A stretch of DNA of 64,000 bases, taken from the NCBI GenBank assembly GCA_945872815.1, contig CAMCAY010000002.1, positions 22,519-86,518 of the forward strand, given 5' to 3'. The stretch's first letter is position 1; every line of letters starts with the position of its first letter. Position numbers and translations under genes: made by a program. Positions 20,882-31,144 of the stretch are shown here, one piece after another. The stretch is from Chitinophaga pinensis (GTDB lineage: Bacteria > Bacteroidota > Bacteroidia > Chitinophagales > Chitinophagaceae). The notes under the pieces are model-generated. The model saw only the letters and a list, made by a program, of their open reading frames with translations, was not told the DNA's origin and ran no database searches.

Positions 20882-21637
20882 TTACTTAGCTTGCATAGCA
20901 CCTAGCATGTTACCATAAACGGTATTCAACTTACTTAGGTTTCCAGCCAATGCTGCAATTTGTTCTTTAGCCTTTTTAGCATCATCAACGCTGCTCATCA
21001 TAGACTGACTTGCTTCTGCCAATTTACCATAGAATGAATTAAGCGCTTTCAGATGACTATTGCTTTCTTTCAATTCTAATTCATATATCGTATTCAATGA
21101 ACCAAGATTTTTGGTAAGAACCTGTACTTGCTCATGGAATCCTTTAGCGCTTTCAGCAGCATTACTAAAGGTATTCATTGTAGCAGCGCTGTTTGCAAAT
21201 GCTGTTGACATTGAACCCATTGCCGCTGTAGCTTCTTTTGTTTTATTACCAAATTCGGAAGTAGACTTAACAACATCCGTTACATCATTTAAACCTGCTA
21301 CTGTAGTTCCTAATTTTTGAAACCCTTCACTTAATTTTTTCAAAGTTGCAGGAGTGATATCTGCATCTTTCATCATTTTATCCATTGCATCCAAACTATT
21401 GGATGGCTCAGCAGCTCCATGACCTTCAAAATCTTCTTTTACAGCTTCATATTTTGCATATAAAATACCATATAAAAGGAAAATTACAGCTTCGGTGTAT
21501 AGACCGATTTTTAGAAAAAGATCTGCAATTGGTGTATGAAGAATTTTCTGCAGTGCTCCGAAAATTACGACTGCAGCTGCTAAAGAAACAGCAACATCCA
21601 TCCATTTACTCACATTTGAAGGAATTTTAACTGACAT
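20882..21637 (-). CDS. gldL: Gliding motility/T9SS motor protein GldL
   Basis: Two N-terminal TMs (AAVVIFGALQKILH, GLYTEAVIF), cytoplasmic coiled coil, ends NLSKLNTVYGNMLGAM. Confidence 0.93.
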   Translation of the reverse strand: MSVKIPSNVSKWMDVAVSLAAAVVIFGALQKILHTPIADLFLKIGLYTEAVIFLLYGILYAKYEAVKEDFEGHGAAEPSNSLDAMDKMMKDADITPATLKKLSEGFQKLGTTVAGLNDVTDVVKSTSEFGNKTKEATAAMGSMSTAFANSAATMNTFSNAAESAKGFHEQVQVLTKNLGSLNTIYELELKESNSHLKALNSFYGKLAEASQSMMSSVDDAKKAKEQIAALAGNLSKLNTVYGNMLGAMQAK

Positions 21638-21715
21638 GATTTTTGTTTTTGATTGTTTGTTTTAAAAGATTAGTGTTTGAATAATATTTCAACTATTATA
21701 TCTGGTAAAAAAGAA

Positions 21716-23014
21716 TTATCTACTTCTTCTTAATGAAGGGGGTAAATCCTGAATACAACGGAAGCCAATATAAGATTTCGCTGTGTCCTGGTATTCATAA
21801 GATCTGGTACTGGTTTGAAGGAAAAAACCTACATCTTTCCAACTTCCCCCCCTGATGGTTTTTCTTTTCATCCTTGGAGGGTCTGATTCTTTAGCATTCC
21901 AACGGATATCAGGATTCATATCGTGTTCAAATACCCCAGCTCCCTCATAATATAAGGATGCAGTCCATTCTGCCACATTTCCAGCCATATTATACAAACC
22001 AAAATCATTTGGCCAATAGGCATCAGCTCTAACTGTATATAAAGCACCATCTTCAGCATAATTTCCTCTTCCAGGTTTAAAATTAGCTAAAAGACATCCT
22101 TTCTTATTTCTTAAATATGGTCCACCCCAAGGGTATTGAGCCTGTGACCTTCCTCCTCTTGCTGCATATTCCCATTGAGCTTCCGTTGGAAGACGGAAAT
22201 CAGGATTAATTAATTTTTTTCTTGACTCCAAATAGGAGTTCATTAAATGTGTACGCCACTCACAAAAAGCAGTAGCTTGTTTCCAATTCACACCAACCAC
22301 AGGATAATTTCCATAAGCAGGGTGACTGAAATAACTTTTAGCCATTGGTTCGTTATAGGCATAAGCAAAATCTCTTACCCAACAAATGGTATCAGGATAT
22401 ACGGGGGTTTTTGTTCTTACGATAAAGGCAGACCTTGGAACAGTAACATCTCTGTTTTGAGCAGCAGCCTTGTAATCAAATACTTCAGATTGAAATACCA
22501 ATTTGGCAGCATCTAATTCTTTTTTTCCGAAAATTCTATTGTCAGGTGTAACAATAATAGCATCAATTTTTTCAATGACTGATTTATCACCCCATTTAAT
22601 ATTTCTTGCCTTATTCCAATCGATGTATTCGTTTCCATCTTGTCCTTGCTTTACATATCCCATTAATTTAGCGGCGATGGAATCCCTCACCCAGTTGGTG
22701 AACTGCTTGTATTCATTATTGGTTATTTCGGTTGCATCCATCCAAAAGCCACTTATTGAAACGGCTTTGTTTGTTGCTGTGTAAGAATAATTGATGTCCT
22801 CATCACTTGGTCCCATATGAAACATTCCCCCCGGTACGTACACCATTCCATAAGGCCTAGTAGAAGTCCATGATTTTATTTGTGGAACTCCGTGTAACTG
22901 ACCATCATTCGGGTAGGATCCACCTGAGCCATTTTTACCTCCGAGCATAGTACAACTATTGAAGGTAAATACCAATAAAAATACAGCTAATAAGCTGATA
23001 ATACGATTTATCAT
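21716..23014 (-). CDS. gldK: Gliding motility/T9SS lipoprotein GldK
   Basis: Lipobox FNSC; FGE-sulfatase-like domain (FWMDATEITN, YPVVGVNWKQA, RLPTEAQWEYAARGG, NDFGLYNMAGNVAEW, GFRC). Confidence 0.93.
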   Translation of the reverse strand: MINRIISLLAVFLLVFTFNSCTMLGGKNGSGGSYPNDGQLHGVPQIKSWTSTRPYGMVYVPGGMFHMGPSDEDINYSYTATNKAVSISGFWMDATEITNNEYKQFTNWVRDSIAAKLMGYVKQGQDGNEYIDWNKARNIKWGDKSVIEKIDAIIVTPDNRIFGKKELDAAKLVFQSEVFDYKAAAQNRDVTVPRSAFIVRTKTPVYPDTICWVRDFAYAYNEPMAKSYFSHPAYGNYPVVGVNWKQATAFCEWRTHLMNSYLESRKKLINPDFRLPTEAQWEYAARGGRSQAQYPWGGPYLRNKKGCLLANFKPGRGNYAEDGALYTVRADAYWPNDFGLYNMAGNVAEWTASLYYEGAGVFEHDMNPDIRWNAKESDPPRMKRKTIRGGSWKDVGFFLQTSTRSYEYQDTAKSYIGFRCIQDLPPSLRRSR

Positions 23015-23039
23015 TTTTTCTGCTTTGAATAAGAGTTCG

Positions 23040-23047
23040 CAAATATA
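23040..23047 (-). promoter_or_regulatory. Bacteroidota sigma-A -7 box upstream of gldK
   Basis: TATATTTG on the minus strand matches TAnnTTTG, 25 nt upstream of the ATG. Confidence 0.6.
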
Positions 23048-23134
23048 AAATGTTCAAGTGAAAAAGCAATAAATAATTCACCGAATAAAAAACCAGATTC
23101 GATTCAAAATATTGACCCACACTCGAAATGCAAA

Positions 23135-25219
23135 TTATTCTTTTTTTACCACTGAAAATGTTAAACCAAAGTGAAAATCTGAAATATCACTAAAATCCAC
23201 AACAGGACTGAAACAATGATTGTTTTTACAAAGGTAAATCAGTGCTTTTTGAGCATAATTCTTATTTTTTGTTAATATTATATCGGTCTCTTTTTCTGCT
23301 GACAATAGTATTTTGTTGGGAATAAATATGGACAAAGCTTTTTTACGTTGATCATCCGTTTCAGTTCCTGTAATGATAATTTCGACCTGCTCAAATTGAA
23401 AATTCAATGCACTACAACACCAATTACTAAGTGAACTAGGAAATTGTTTTATACTAGCTGACATTTTCAATAACATGTTTTCTGCCAGTTGAGACCATTG
23501 TTTATTGTTAAAAACAACAGCAAGATATCGGAGATTTTGAACCATCACGCTATTTCCCGAAGGGGTTGGGGCATCATAAGAATCTATTTTCCTAATTATG
23601 GCATCATTCATTAATTTATTTGTGTAAAAAAAGAAACCGGTATTTTCATCCTGAAAATTAGCAATCACATACTCAGTAAGATTTTTAGCATGATAAAGGT
23701 ATTTTTCCATTCCGGTTATTTCTTGTAAATGAATGGATGCCTGAATTAAATAAGCGTAATCATCCAAGAAAGCGATTTGGGGATTTTCCTGGTCTGAAAA
23801 GGAATGAAGAAGCATTCCTTCTTTACTCATTTTTTCATTGATAAATTCAAATAACTCTACTGCATAAATACGGAATTGTTCATTTTCAAGAGCAGCCGCA
23901 GCCTTGCATAATGAAGTAATCATCATTGCATTTCCGTTCAATAATACTTTAGAATCGGTTAACGGCCTTATCCTTTTATTTCTGTATTCCAACAGTAATT
24001 TTCTCGCTTCTTTCAACCGCAAAATCAGATCGTCATTTTTTATTCCTTTTGATAGAGCGTATTCTCGGATATCACTTGAAGTCCTTAAAATATTTACTCC
24101 TTCCCAATTTCCTTTTTCCGATACTCCAAACCAATCGCATATCAAATCTGTATTTTCCTGAAGAATATTATTCATCTCACTTTTTGTCCAGGCATAATAC
24201 TTTCCTTCTACTCCTTCGCTGTCTGCATCAATAGAAGTATAAAAACCACCTTTTGGACTTTTCAAGTCTCTGATGCAAAAGTTAATGACATCTTCAATAG
24301 CGTCTTTAATAGAAGGATCATTTGTGATTTGATAAGCGTCGCACATCACTTGAATAAGCAAGGCATTGTCATACAGCATTTTTTCAAAGTGGGGGACATG
24401 CCAATGCTCATCTGTGCTGTATCTTGATAATCCCCCACCCAACTGATCGTAAATGCCTCCCTGCAACATTTGCTTGAGAGAAAAAACGGAATGATGCAAC
24501 ATTTGTTCATTACCGTTATGATAATATAAATTCAAGAGTAATTGTATTGAAGACAATTGCGGAAATTTGGGTGCTGTTCCAAACCCGCCATTTTGAAAAT
24601 CTGCCTTGTTTAAAATTTTTGTTGTAACCTCAGAAAAATAGTTTTTGTCAAAAAGAGATTCTACTGAATCCATTTCAATGTTATTTTTAAATAAAAAATG
24701 ACCAGAAGATTTTAGATGTTCGTATAGCTTTTCTGCCTGAACTTCAACCTCTGATCTTCTGTTGTTCCAAATATCATTTATAAACCGAAGTGTTTCTATC
24801 CAAGAGGCATGATGGTGGGTTCTTGTTGGAGGGAAATAGGTTCCTCCGAAGAACGGCTTCCCCTCGGGTGTTAAAAAAATATTCAATGGCCACCCTCCAT
24901 TTCCTGTTAGCACTTGCAATGCATCCATATAAATTTGGTCCAAATCGGGTCTTTCTTCTCTGTCAATTTTTATATTGATGAAATTATCATTCATAAAGGA
25001 AGCCACTTCCATATCTTCAAAACTTTCTTTTTCCATTACATGGCACCAATGGCAAGCTGCATAACCGATGCTGACAAGGATAGGTTTTTCTAATTCCTTA
25101 GCAAGTTGTAAAGTTTCTTTATTCCAAGTTTGCCAGTGTATGGGATTTGTCGCATGTTGCAACAAATAGAGACTTTTTTCCTTACCTAAAACATTTTTTA
25201 GTACTGGCATCGGCATCAT
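23135..25219 (-). CDS. YyaL/DUF255 thioredoxin-domain protein with six-hairpin glycosidase-like barrel
   Basis: SLYLLQHATNP, GYAACHWCHVMEKESFE, IKIDREERPDLD, GGWPLNIFLTP, GIYDQLGGGLSRYSTD, PHFEKMLYDNA, AFLDDYA, PSGNS. Confidence 0.92.
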   Translation of the reverse strand: MMPMPVLKNVLGKEKSLYLLQHATNPIHWQTWNKETLQLAKELEKPILVSIGYAACHWCHVMEKESFEDMEVASFMNDNFINIKIDREERPDLDQIYMDALQVLTGNGGWPLNIFLTPEGKPFFGGTYFPPTRTHHHASWIETLRFINDIWNNRRSEVEVQAEKLYEHLKSSGHFLFKNNIEMDSVESLFDKNYFSEVTTKILNKADFQNGGFGTAPKFPQLSSIQLLLNLYYHNGNEQMLHHSVFSLKQMLQGGIYDQLGGGLSRYSTDEHWHVPHFEKMLYDNALLIQVMCDAYQITNDPSIKDAIEDVINFCIRDLKSPKGGFYTSIDADSEGVEGKYYAWTKSEMNNILQENTDLICDWFGVSEKGNWEGVNILRTSSDIREYALSKGIKNDDLILRLKEARKLLLEYRNKRIRPLTDSKVLLNGNAMMITSLCKAAAALENEQFRIYAVELFEFINEKMSKEGMLLHSFSDQENPQIAFLDDYAYLIQASIHLQEITGMEKYLYHAKNLTEYVIANFQDENTGFFFYTNKLMNDAIIRKIDSYDAPTPSGNSVMVQNLRYLAVVFNNKQWSQLAENMLLKMSASIKQFPSSLSNWCCSALNFQFEQVEIIITGTETDDQRKKALSIFIPNKILLSAEKETDIILTKNKNYAQKALIYLCKNNHCFSPVVDFSDISDFHFGLTFSVVKKE

Positions 25220-25311
25220 GATTATTGGTTATCCATAAATAATGTGATAAAATCAATGCTAATTAAAATGAATAGCATTTTGGGGAAATGAAAAAAATCA
25301 ATAGCGTAAAG

Positions 25312-26106
25312 CTATTTTTTATTGGGAGTTGAAGTGAGGTATTTTTCTAAAGCACTAACCATACTGGGAGATTGAGGCATAGGTGCTTTAATATCCAAAG
25401 TAATTCCAGCATCTTCTGCGGCTTTAAAAGTATTTGCACCAAAAGCGGCAATTTTTGTCTCCTTTTGTTTGAATTTTGGAAAATTTTCCATCAAACTTTT
25501 AACCCCTCCCGGTGTAAAAAGACAAATGACATCGTATTTCCTTGCTATAATATTTTTGATGTCGTTACTAACAATCTTATACAGAACAGGTGTTGCATAT
25601 TCACATTTATTCGCTTTAAGCCAATTGGTGATTTCGCTGTCAAAAGATTCTGAACATGGGTACAGAAACTTTACATTGTCTTTATGTTTGTTGATTACAT
25701 CAAACAAACTTTTGTTCAAACCATCTGCTCCATAAAAAACCTTTCTTTTTCTGTATAGAATAAATTTTTGTAGATATAGTGCAACAGCCTCGGTTATGCA
25801 AAAGTATTTTGTGTCTTGTGAAATGGATATTTTCATTTCATCACAGATTCGGAAAAAATGATCAATAGCATTTCTGCTTGTAAATATGACTGCTGAATAA
25901 TTTGCAATATCAATTTTTTGTTTCCGAAAATCTCTTGATGGAACTGGCTCGACACTGATGAATGGAAAAAAATCTAAAATCAATCCATATTTAAGCGCAA
26001 GATCGTAATAAGGAGACTTTACACCTTCCGGTTTAGGTTGGCTTATAAGTATTTTTTTAGGAGCGTTTTTTGTGACCGTGGTCTTTTTTTCAATTTTTTT
26101 TGCCAT
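25312..26106 (-). CDS. hemD: Uroporphyrinogen-III synthase (Bacteroidota type)
   Basis: ILISQPKP..SPYYDL, FTSRNAIDHFFRI, YFCITEAVALYLQKFILYRKRKVF. ATG 26106 lies downstream of the TAATTTTG box. Confidence 0.85.
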   Translation of the reverse strand: MAKKIEKKTTVTKNAPKKILISQPKPEGVKSPYYDLALKYGLILDFFPFISVEPVPSRDFRKQKIDIANYSAVIFTSRNAIDHFFRICDEMKISISQDTKYFCITEAVALYLQKFILYRKRKVFYGADGLNKSLFDVINKHKDNVKFLYPCSESFDSEITNWLKANKCEYATPVLYKIVSNDIKNIIARKYDVICLFTPGGVKSLMENFPKFKQKETKIAAFGANTFKAAEDAGITLDIKAPMPQSPSMVSALEKYLTSTPNKK

Positions 26107-26129
26107 ACTTATATCGTCCAATGAAAGTG

Positions 26130-26137
26130 CAAAATTA
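26130..26137 (-). promoter_or_regulatory. -7 box upstream of hemD
   Basis: TAATTTTG on the minus strand (TAnnTTTG). Confidence 0.55.
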
Positions 26138-27079
26138 CATTTTTTTAATTAGAAATATCATAGCCTGTTTATAAATCAGGAAAATCGGCAAGATTTCAAT
26201 TCCGATTACATATAAAGCGAAATGCAAGCGAGAAACTTTCAAGTTATACCTCAGCGAATTGTATGTTCGGAAATATCTTAATAAAAACATTATTCCAATT
26301 GTAAAACAGGAAACGACCATTGTGATAGCAAAAAGTTGATTGTCTGCAAATGCCATGATAAAAATCATTGGTAAAAGCAATATACCTAATATTTTATTTA
26401 ACAAGAAAACAATGAAAATATAATTGTCAGCTTCACTTCTGCAATCAACAAGCCAACCGAAGAATTTCAATGTTATAAATTTAACTGTATAGATTATCAT
26501 TACAGATGTCATGCAAAGTAAAAGCAATCGCCAATCATCGAGTTGGGTTTTATTTAAACTAAACAGACTTAAGAAAATGAAAAAGCCGGAAACAGCTACA
26601 AAAAAAAGATTCAAATAAAGTGAGGGTAACTTTGCCTGTAACAACTGATCTACCAATTGACTTTGTCTGAGTGTACTGTTAAAAAATACCCGAGCGATAT
26701 TGATAAAGTACTTGTTATTCAACATTCTGAACAAACCAAAGGATAACAACAACCCTATTATAAAATAAAAAAGAGCATCTTTTGAAAAAATATTTTTTTC
26801 AAAATTGTTATGGTGAAAGGGTTGATTCTTTCTATTAAAAAAAAAGTTTTTTTCCAACAAACCATTTATCTGACCAACTTCAATCTTATTGAAAGTATCT
26901 AACAGAATTATACTGTCCTTTTGAATCTGTAAACTATCTGTTTGCTCTGCTTTCAAAGATGAAGACAAGAGAAGCAATGAAATCGTTAAATAAGCTAAAT
27001 ATCTGACCACGGAATTAAATTTCTTTTGCAAAAGTAATATGGTTTGAAGAACTTTTTTAAAAGTAATTAATATAACCAA
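26135..27079 (-). CDS. DUF4271-like membrane protein
   Basis: Multi-TM protein ending FALYVIGIEILP, directly upstream of hemD as usual in Bacteroidota. True start may be GTG at 27010. Confidence 0.7.
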   Translation of the reverse strand: MVILITFKKVLQTILLLQKKFNSVVRYLAYLTISLLLLSSSLKAEQTDSLQIQKDSIILLDTFNKIEVGQINGLLEKNFFFNRKNQPFHHNNFEKNIFSKDALFYFIIGLLLSFGLFRMLNNKYFINIARVFFNSTLRQSQLVDQLLQAKLPSLYLNLFFVAVSGFFIFLSLFSLNKTQLDDWRLLLLCMTSVMIIYTVKFITLKFFGWLVDCRSEADNYIFIVFLLNKILGILLLPMIFIMAFADNQLFAITMVVSCFTIGIMFLLRYFRTYNSLRYNLKVSRLHFALYVIGIEILPIFLIYKQAMIFLIKKM

Positions 27080-28874
27080 AATGAATTTTCGATGCGTCTC
27101 TCAAATTAATGGGGAGATTCTCTTTTTTTCCAAGGGCGTAGCTGATGTTCAATAATCCGCCTTTGGTTTCATAAATCATAGAAATTCCGGCACCAATAAA
27201 ATTATCGGAGCTTGAAATTGACTGATAGCTCTTATTCACTCTCGCCCAATCGATAAAAGAGGCAATGTAACTATTCAAGGAAAGTAAAATTCGGTACTCC
27301 ATTGAAATTACTGCATAGGAAGAAGCATAAATACTTTCTTCATCAAACCCTCTGAGTGTTTTAAAGCCGCCGATTTGAAACAAATCGTTTTTAAAAATGA
27401 CAGGGCTATTATAATAACCGAAATTTAGCGCTAGTTTAACAGCATTATTTTTCTTTACAGGAAAATAATGTGCGGCGTTTAACACAAACTTCAATTGGTA
27501 ATTTTTCAACCTAATAGAATCATATAAACTTGAATAATTAAAGCCGGCTTCCCGAATATTTGAGATATCGTTGTTTACTTTTATTTTTTTTGTTCCCACA
27601 AGCGAGGTGAAGTTTAACTGATATCCTTTTCGTGGATTTAACCGATAATTTGTTTTATTAATTTCGAAGTTGATACCGGTATTTGCTGTACTCATGTCAA
27701 TATTTGAAGGCAGCGACTTTGTTGCTTTAATAAGATTACTATCAATCGCACCATCCAACAAAGAGAAGTTTTGATATTGAACAAAAATTCTCCCGGTAGA
27801 GAATTCAGAAGATGAAAAGTTGATACCAAATTTTGTGTTAACTTGAAGAAAAGCGGAATCTTTTTTAAACAATTCAAACAACATGTCCACTCCTAGTGCG
27901 GAACGAAAAACATACGGAAAAGAAAATCCTGCTAATAATCTTGGTGAATTCTTTTGTAATTGCTGCCACTTCATTATTAAATTTTCACCTTTTGCAAAAA
28001 TATTTTTCAAATCAAGGTTAATGTCCCCGGTAAATTGTAAATTTGAATTATTGTTTGAGGATGGCTGAAGTCCAACAAGAAAATTGAATTGACTACACTT
28101 TTTTGTTTGCAAATACAAATTCAAAATACCGCCAGAACCCAGCATTGTAATATCTGAAGGTTGAATGGATTTAACAAAAGGCAATTCAAGAATTTTGGAA
28201 TCAACCCTCCGTAATTTTTCTTTGCTATAAAAACTATTGTTGAAGATATTTAAATAGCGTTGTAAAAAAACGCCACTGATCATTGCATCTCCGAATATCC
28301 TAATACTATCAATATTATAATACAATCCTTTGTTTACATTCATTTGAGCAGAAAGAGTGCCATTTTCCAAATAGATGCTATCCAGATAAACAGTTGCAAA
28401 TGGATAGCCATTGTTTTCGTAATAATTTAACAAAGATTCCTGCATTAAATCAATTTTTGAAAACCAGGATATTGATTTTTTATTTTCATATTTCTGACGA
28501 AGCTTTTCCAATGCTGCAGGTTCTATATCGGGAAATGTGATGTTTACCGATTGGTATTTTTTTCCCAAAAACAGCATTACCCGAGTGAGCGTATCACTTT
28601 GAAAAACACTGTCAACAGAAGCAACAGGATAACCCTTTGAAGCGAGTAATATAGGGAGTTTTTGAATGTATTGAATAGCGTTCTCTTTATTGAAGAACAG
28701 CGTTTTTAAGTTGAGGGAATCTTTGTAAAACCAATCGTCTTTTTCTTTTATTTCAAAAGCAAGTGTATGATTATTCTTTAAAGATTTTTCCTGTGCCTTT
28801 ACGAGCAAAGAAGCGAAGGGTATCGACAGCAGTAAAACTAATTTTGTGATATTGTTATTAACTCTAAATTGCAT
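27057..28874 (-). CDS. Omp85/TamA-like outer membrane protein with POTRA domains
   Basis: POTRA-like GYPVASVD and NNGYPFATV; loop-6 motif LRGF; C-terminal HFGYINYF. Confidence 0.78.
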   Translation of the reverse strand: MQFRVNNNITKLVLLLSIPFASLLVKAQEKSLKNNHTLAFEIKEKDDWFYKDSLNLKTLFFNKENAIQYIQKLPILLASKGYPVASVDSVFQSDTLTRVMLFLGKKYQSVNITFPDIEPAALEKLRQKYENKKSISWFSKIDLMQESLLNYYENNGYPFATVYLDSIYLENGTLSAQMNVNKGLYYNIDSIRIFGDAMISGVFLQRYLNIFNNSFYSKEKLRRVDSKILELPFVKSIQPSDITMLGSGGILNLYLQTKKCSQFNFLVGLQPSSNNNSNLQFTGDINLDLKNIFAKGENLIMKWQQLQKNSPRLLAGFSFPYVFRSALGVDMLFELFKKDSAFLQVNTKFGINFSSSEFSTGRIFVQYQNFSLLDGAIDSNLIKATKSLPSNIDMSTANTGINFEINKTNYRLNPRKGYQLNFTSLVGTKKIKVNNDISNIREAGFNYSSLYDSIRLKNYQLKFVLNAAHYFPVKKNNAVKLALNFGYYNSPVIFKNDLFQIGGFKTLRGFDEESIYASSYAVISMEYRILLSLNSYIASFIDWARVNKSYQSISSSDNFIGAGISMIYETKGGLLNISYALGKKENLPINLRDASKIHFGYINYF

Positions 28875-28903
28875 CCGTATTCAATCATGTAAATCTACAA
28901 CCT

Positions 28904-30046
28904 TTGGCCGGTATTTATATTCATATTCCTTTCTGCAGAAAAGCATGCAGTTACTGTAATTTTCATTTTTCAACCGATTTGAAACAAATTGATGATTTTT
29001 TGTTTTCATTAAAAAAGGAAATTGGGATGAAGTCAGATTTTATTTCTGACAAAGTAACAATAGAAACCATCTATTTTGGAGGAGGGACGCCGGGTTTACT
29101 TGCTACTAAAGAAATTTCTTCAGTTTTAGAAATAATAGAAAAAAAATTCAACATTTCATCGAATGCTGAAATTACTATTGAGGCAAACCCAGATGACATT
29201 GATTATTTAAAAGTAAAAGAATGGATGAGGTTGGGGATTAACAGAATCAGCTTGGGTATTCAATCATTTTCTGACAAAGAGTTACAATGGATGAACAGAA
29301 ATCATTCTTCAGGTCAATCCATTCTAAGTATCAACCAAATAATTGATGCAGGCATTTCAAATTTTTCAGTTGATTTGATTTTTGGAAGTCAGTTGCAATC
29401 AAAAAATGAATTAATACAAAACATAGAAATCATTACAGAAAAAAAAATACCTCATATTTCATGCTATGCCCTTACAGCAGAGCCAAAGACTTTATTACAT
29501 CACTTGATTAAAACAAAAAAAGCGGAGGAAATACAATCAGAAAAGCAAGCTGCGCAGTTTCTGCTCATTATGGATTTACTGAATGAATACGGATATGAAC
29601 AGTACGAGATCAGCAACTATTCATTACCAGGAAAGAGAAGCAGGCACAACAGCAGTTATTGGGCAGGAAAACCATATTTTGGATTCGGTCCTTCAGCCCA
29701 TTCCTTTGACGGAATTAATAAGAGGAGGTGGAATGTCTCGAACAATGCACTTTACGTCAAGTCGATTATGGCGGATTCAATACCTTTTGAGGAAGAATTA
29801 TTAACACCTACTCAACAATTGAATGAATACATCATGACATCCATCAGAACCATTGAAGGAATTCAGATAAATGAAATAACATCCAGATTTGGATTAGAAA
29901 TTTCACAAAAGCTACTAGAAGCCTGTACAACCGAAATTAATTCTGGAAGAATCATTGTCACTGAAAAAAATATTTTTCTGAGTAAAGAGGGTAAACTATT
30001 TGCCGATGGTATTGCTGCTGATTTATTTTTTGATCAACATACGTAA
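28904..30046 (+). CDS. hemW: Radical SAM heme chaperone HemW
   Basis: AGIYIHIPFCRKACSYCNF (CxxxCxxC), YFGGGTP, RISLGIQSF, YEISNY, HNSSYW, GFGPSAHS; TTG start. Confidence 0.92.
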   Translation: MAGIYIHIPFCRKACSYCNFHFSTDLKQIDDFLFSLKKEIGMKSDFISDKVTIETIYFGGGTPGLLATKEISSVLEIIEKKFNISSNAEITIEANPDDIDYLKVKEWMRLGINRISLGIQSFSDKELQWMNRNHSSGQSILSINQIIDAGISNFSVDLIFGSQLQSKNELIQNIEIITEKKIPHISCYALTAEPKTLLHHLIKTKKAEEIQSEKQAAQFLLIMDLLNEYGYEQYEISNYSLPGKRSRHNSSYWAGKPYFGFGPSAHSFDGINKRRWNVSNNALYVKSIMADSIPFEEELLTPTQQLNEYIMTSIRTIEGIQINEITSRFGLEISQKLLEACTTEINSGRIIVTEKNIFLSKEGKLFADGIAADLFFDQHT

Positions 30047-30062
30047 ACTTAATCATGTTCAA

Positions 30063-31103
30063 TCAAACAAGATTTTCCTCTATATTTTTAAAACCTTTTT
30101 TTGCAGATAAATTTTGCCATAATATTTTAAAGACAGTTTCTGCTATCGGTATTTCGGCGTTGTATTTTTGATTGATTATATTCATGCATTTACTGGCATT
30201 GTACCCTTCTGCAACCATACTCATTTCCAATTGAGCGGCTTTTACTGAATATCCTTTTCCAATCATTGTTCCAAAAGTTCTGTTTCTACTATACAGAGAA
30301 TAACAAGTAACCAAAAGATCTCCTAAATAAACTGATGCCGCATAATTGTTATGAACATCGTTGGCAATAAAATTTTCTTTATTTTCTGTGAAGCCTACTT
30401 CAGCGTTTACAATGCCAGCTTTTCTTAAAAAAACTGCCATTTCATTGGCACTGTTTGCAATAAAAACGCTTAAAAAATTATCTCCGTAGTCAAGTCCATG
30501 TGCAATACCAGCCCCCAATGCATAAATATTTTTGAGAATTGCAGCATATTGAACTCCGATGATATCTTTATTGACAATTGATATTAAATAAGGTGTATTA
30601 AAATAGCCGGCAATTTTGGAAGTCATTTCTTCATCTTTCCCTGCGAAAGTCAGATAGGATAATTTTTCTGCTGCAACCTCTTCTGCATGACACGGACCTA
30701 GTACAGCAAAATAATCTTCAATTGGAAGATCGAAGTGGCTAGATAAAAAATCATTCAACAGTACATTCTCTTTTGGAAGAATTCCTTTGATTGCGGAAAG
30801 TATTTTTTTTCCGGAGAATATATCTTTTGGTAAAGCACATAACAAATCTTCAATAAATGCAGAAGGGACCGCAATTAAAATAATGTCTGCGCTTGAAATC
30901 ACTTTTGAAATGTCTGCAGTTAATGATAATTTAGCTGTGTCGAATTTTGCAGATGAAAGATAGTGTGGGTTGTGTGCACGAAGTTTAAATTCCTCAATTG
31001 CCTCTTCGCTTCTGTTCCACCAATATATGTGCTGGCCGTTGTCTGTCAGAATTTTTGCCAAGGCTGTTCCCCAGCTTCCACTACCTATTATTCCAAATTT
31101 CAT
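30063..31103 (-). CDS. gpsA: NAD(P)H-dependent glycerol-3-phosphate dehydrogenase
   Basis: IIGSGSWGTALA, AVPS, GPCHAEEV, LKNIYA, YLGDLLVTCYS..SRNR, VAEGY. Confidence 0.94.
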   Translation of the reverse strand: MKFGIIGSGSWGTALAKILTDNGQHIYWWNRSEEAIEEFKLRAHNPHYLSSAKFDTAKLSLTADISKVISSADIILIAVPSAFIEDLLCALPKDIFSGKKILSAIKGILPKENVLLNDFLSSHFDLPIEDYFAVLGPCHAEEVAAEKLSYLTFAGKDEEMTSKIAGYFNTPYLISIVNKDIIGVQYAAILKNIYALGAGIAHGLDYGDNFLSVFIANSANEMAVFLRKAGIVNAEVGFTENKENFIANDVHNNYAASVYLGDLLVTCYSLYSRNRTFGTMIGKGYSVKAAQLEMSMVAEGYNASKCMNIINQKYNAEIPIAETVFKILWQNLSAKKGFKNIEENLV

Positions 31104-31144
31104 TTAAATTAATTTAATAAAATTTCAAAATTTGGGTCAATTGA

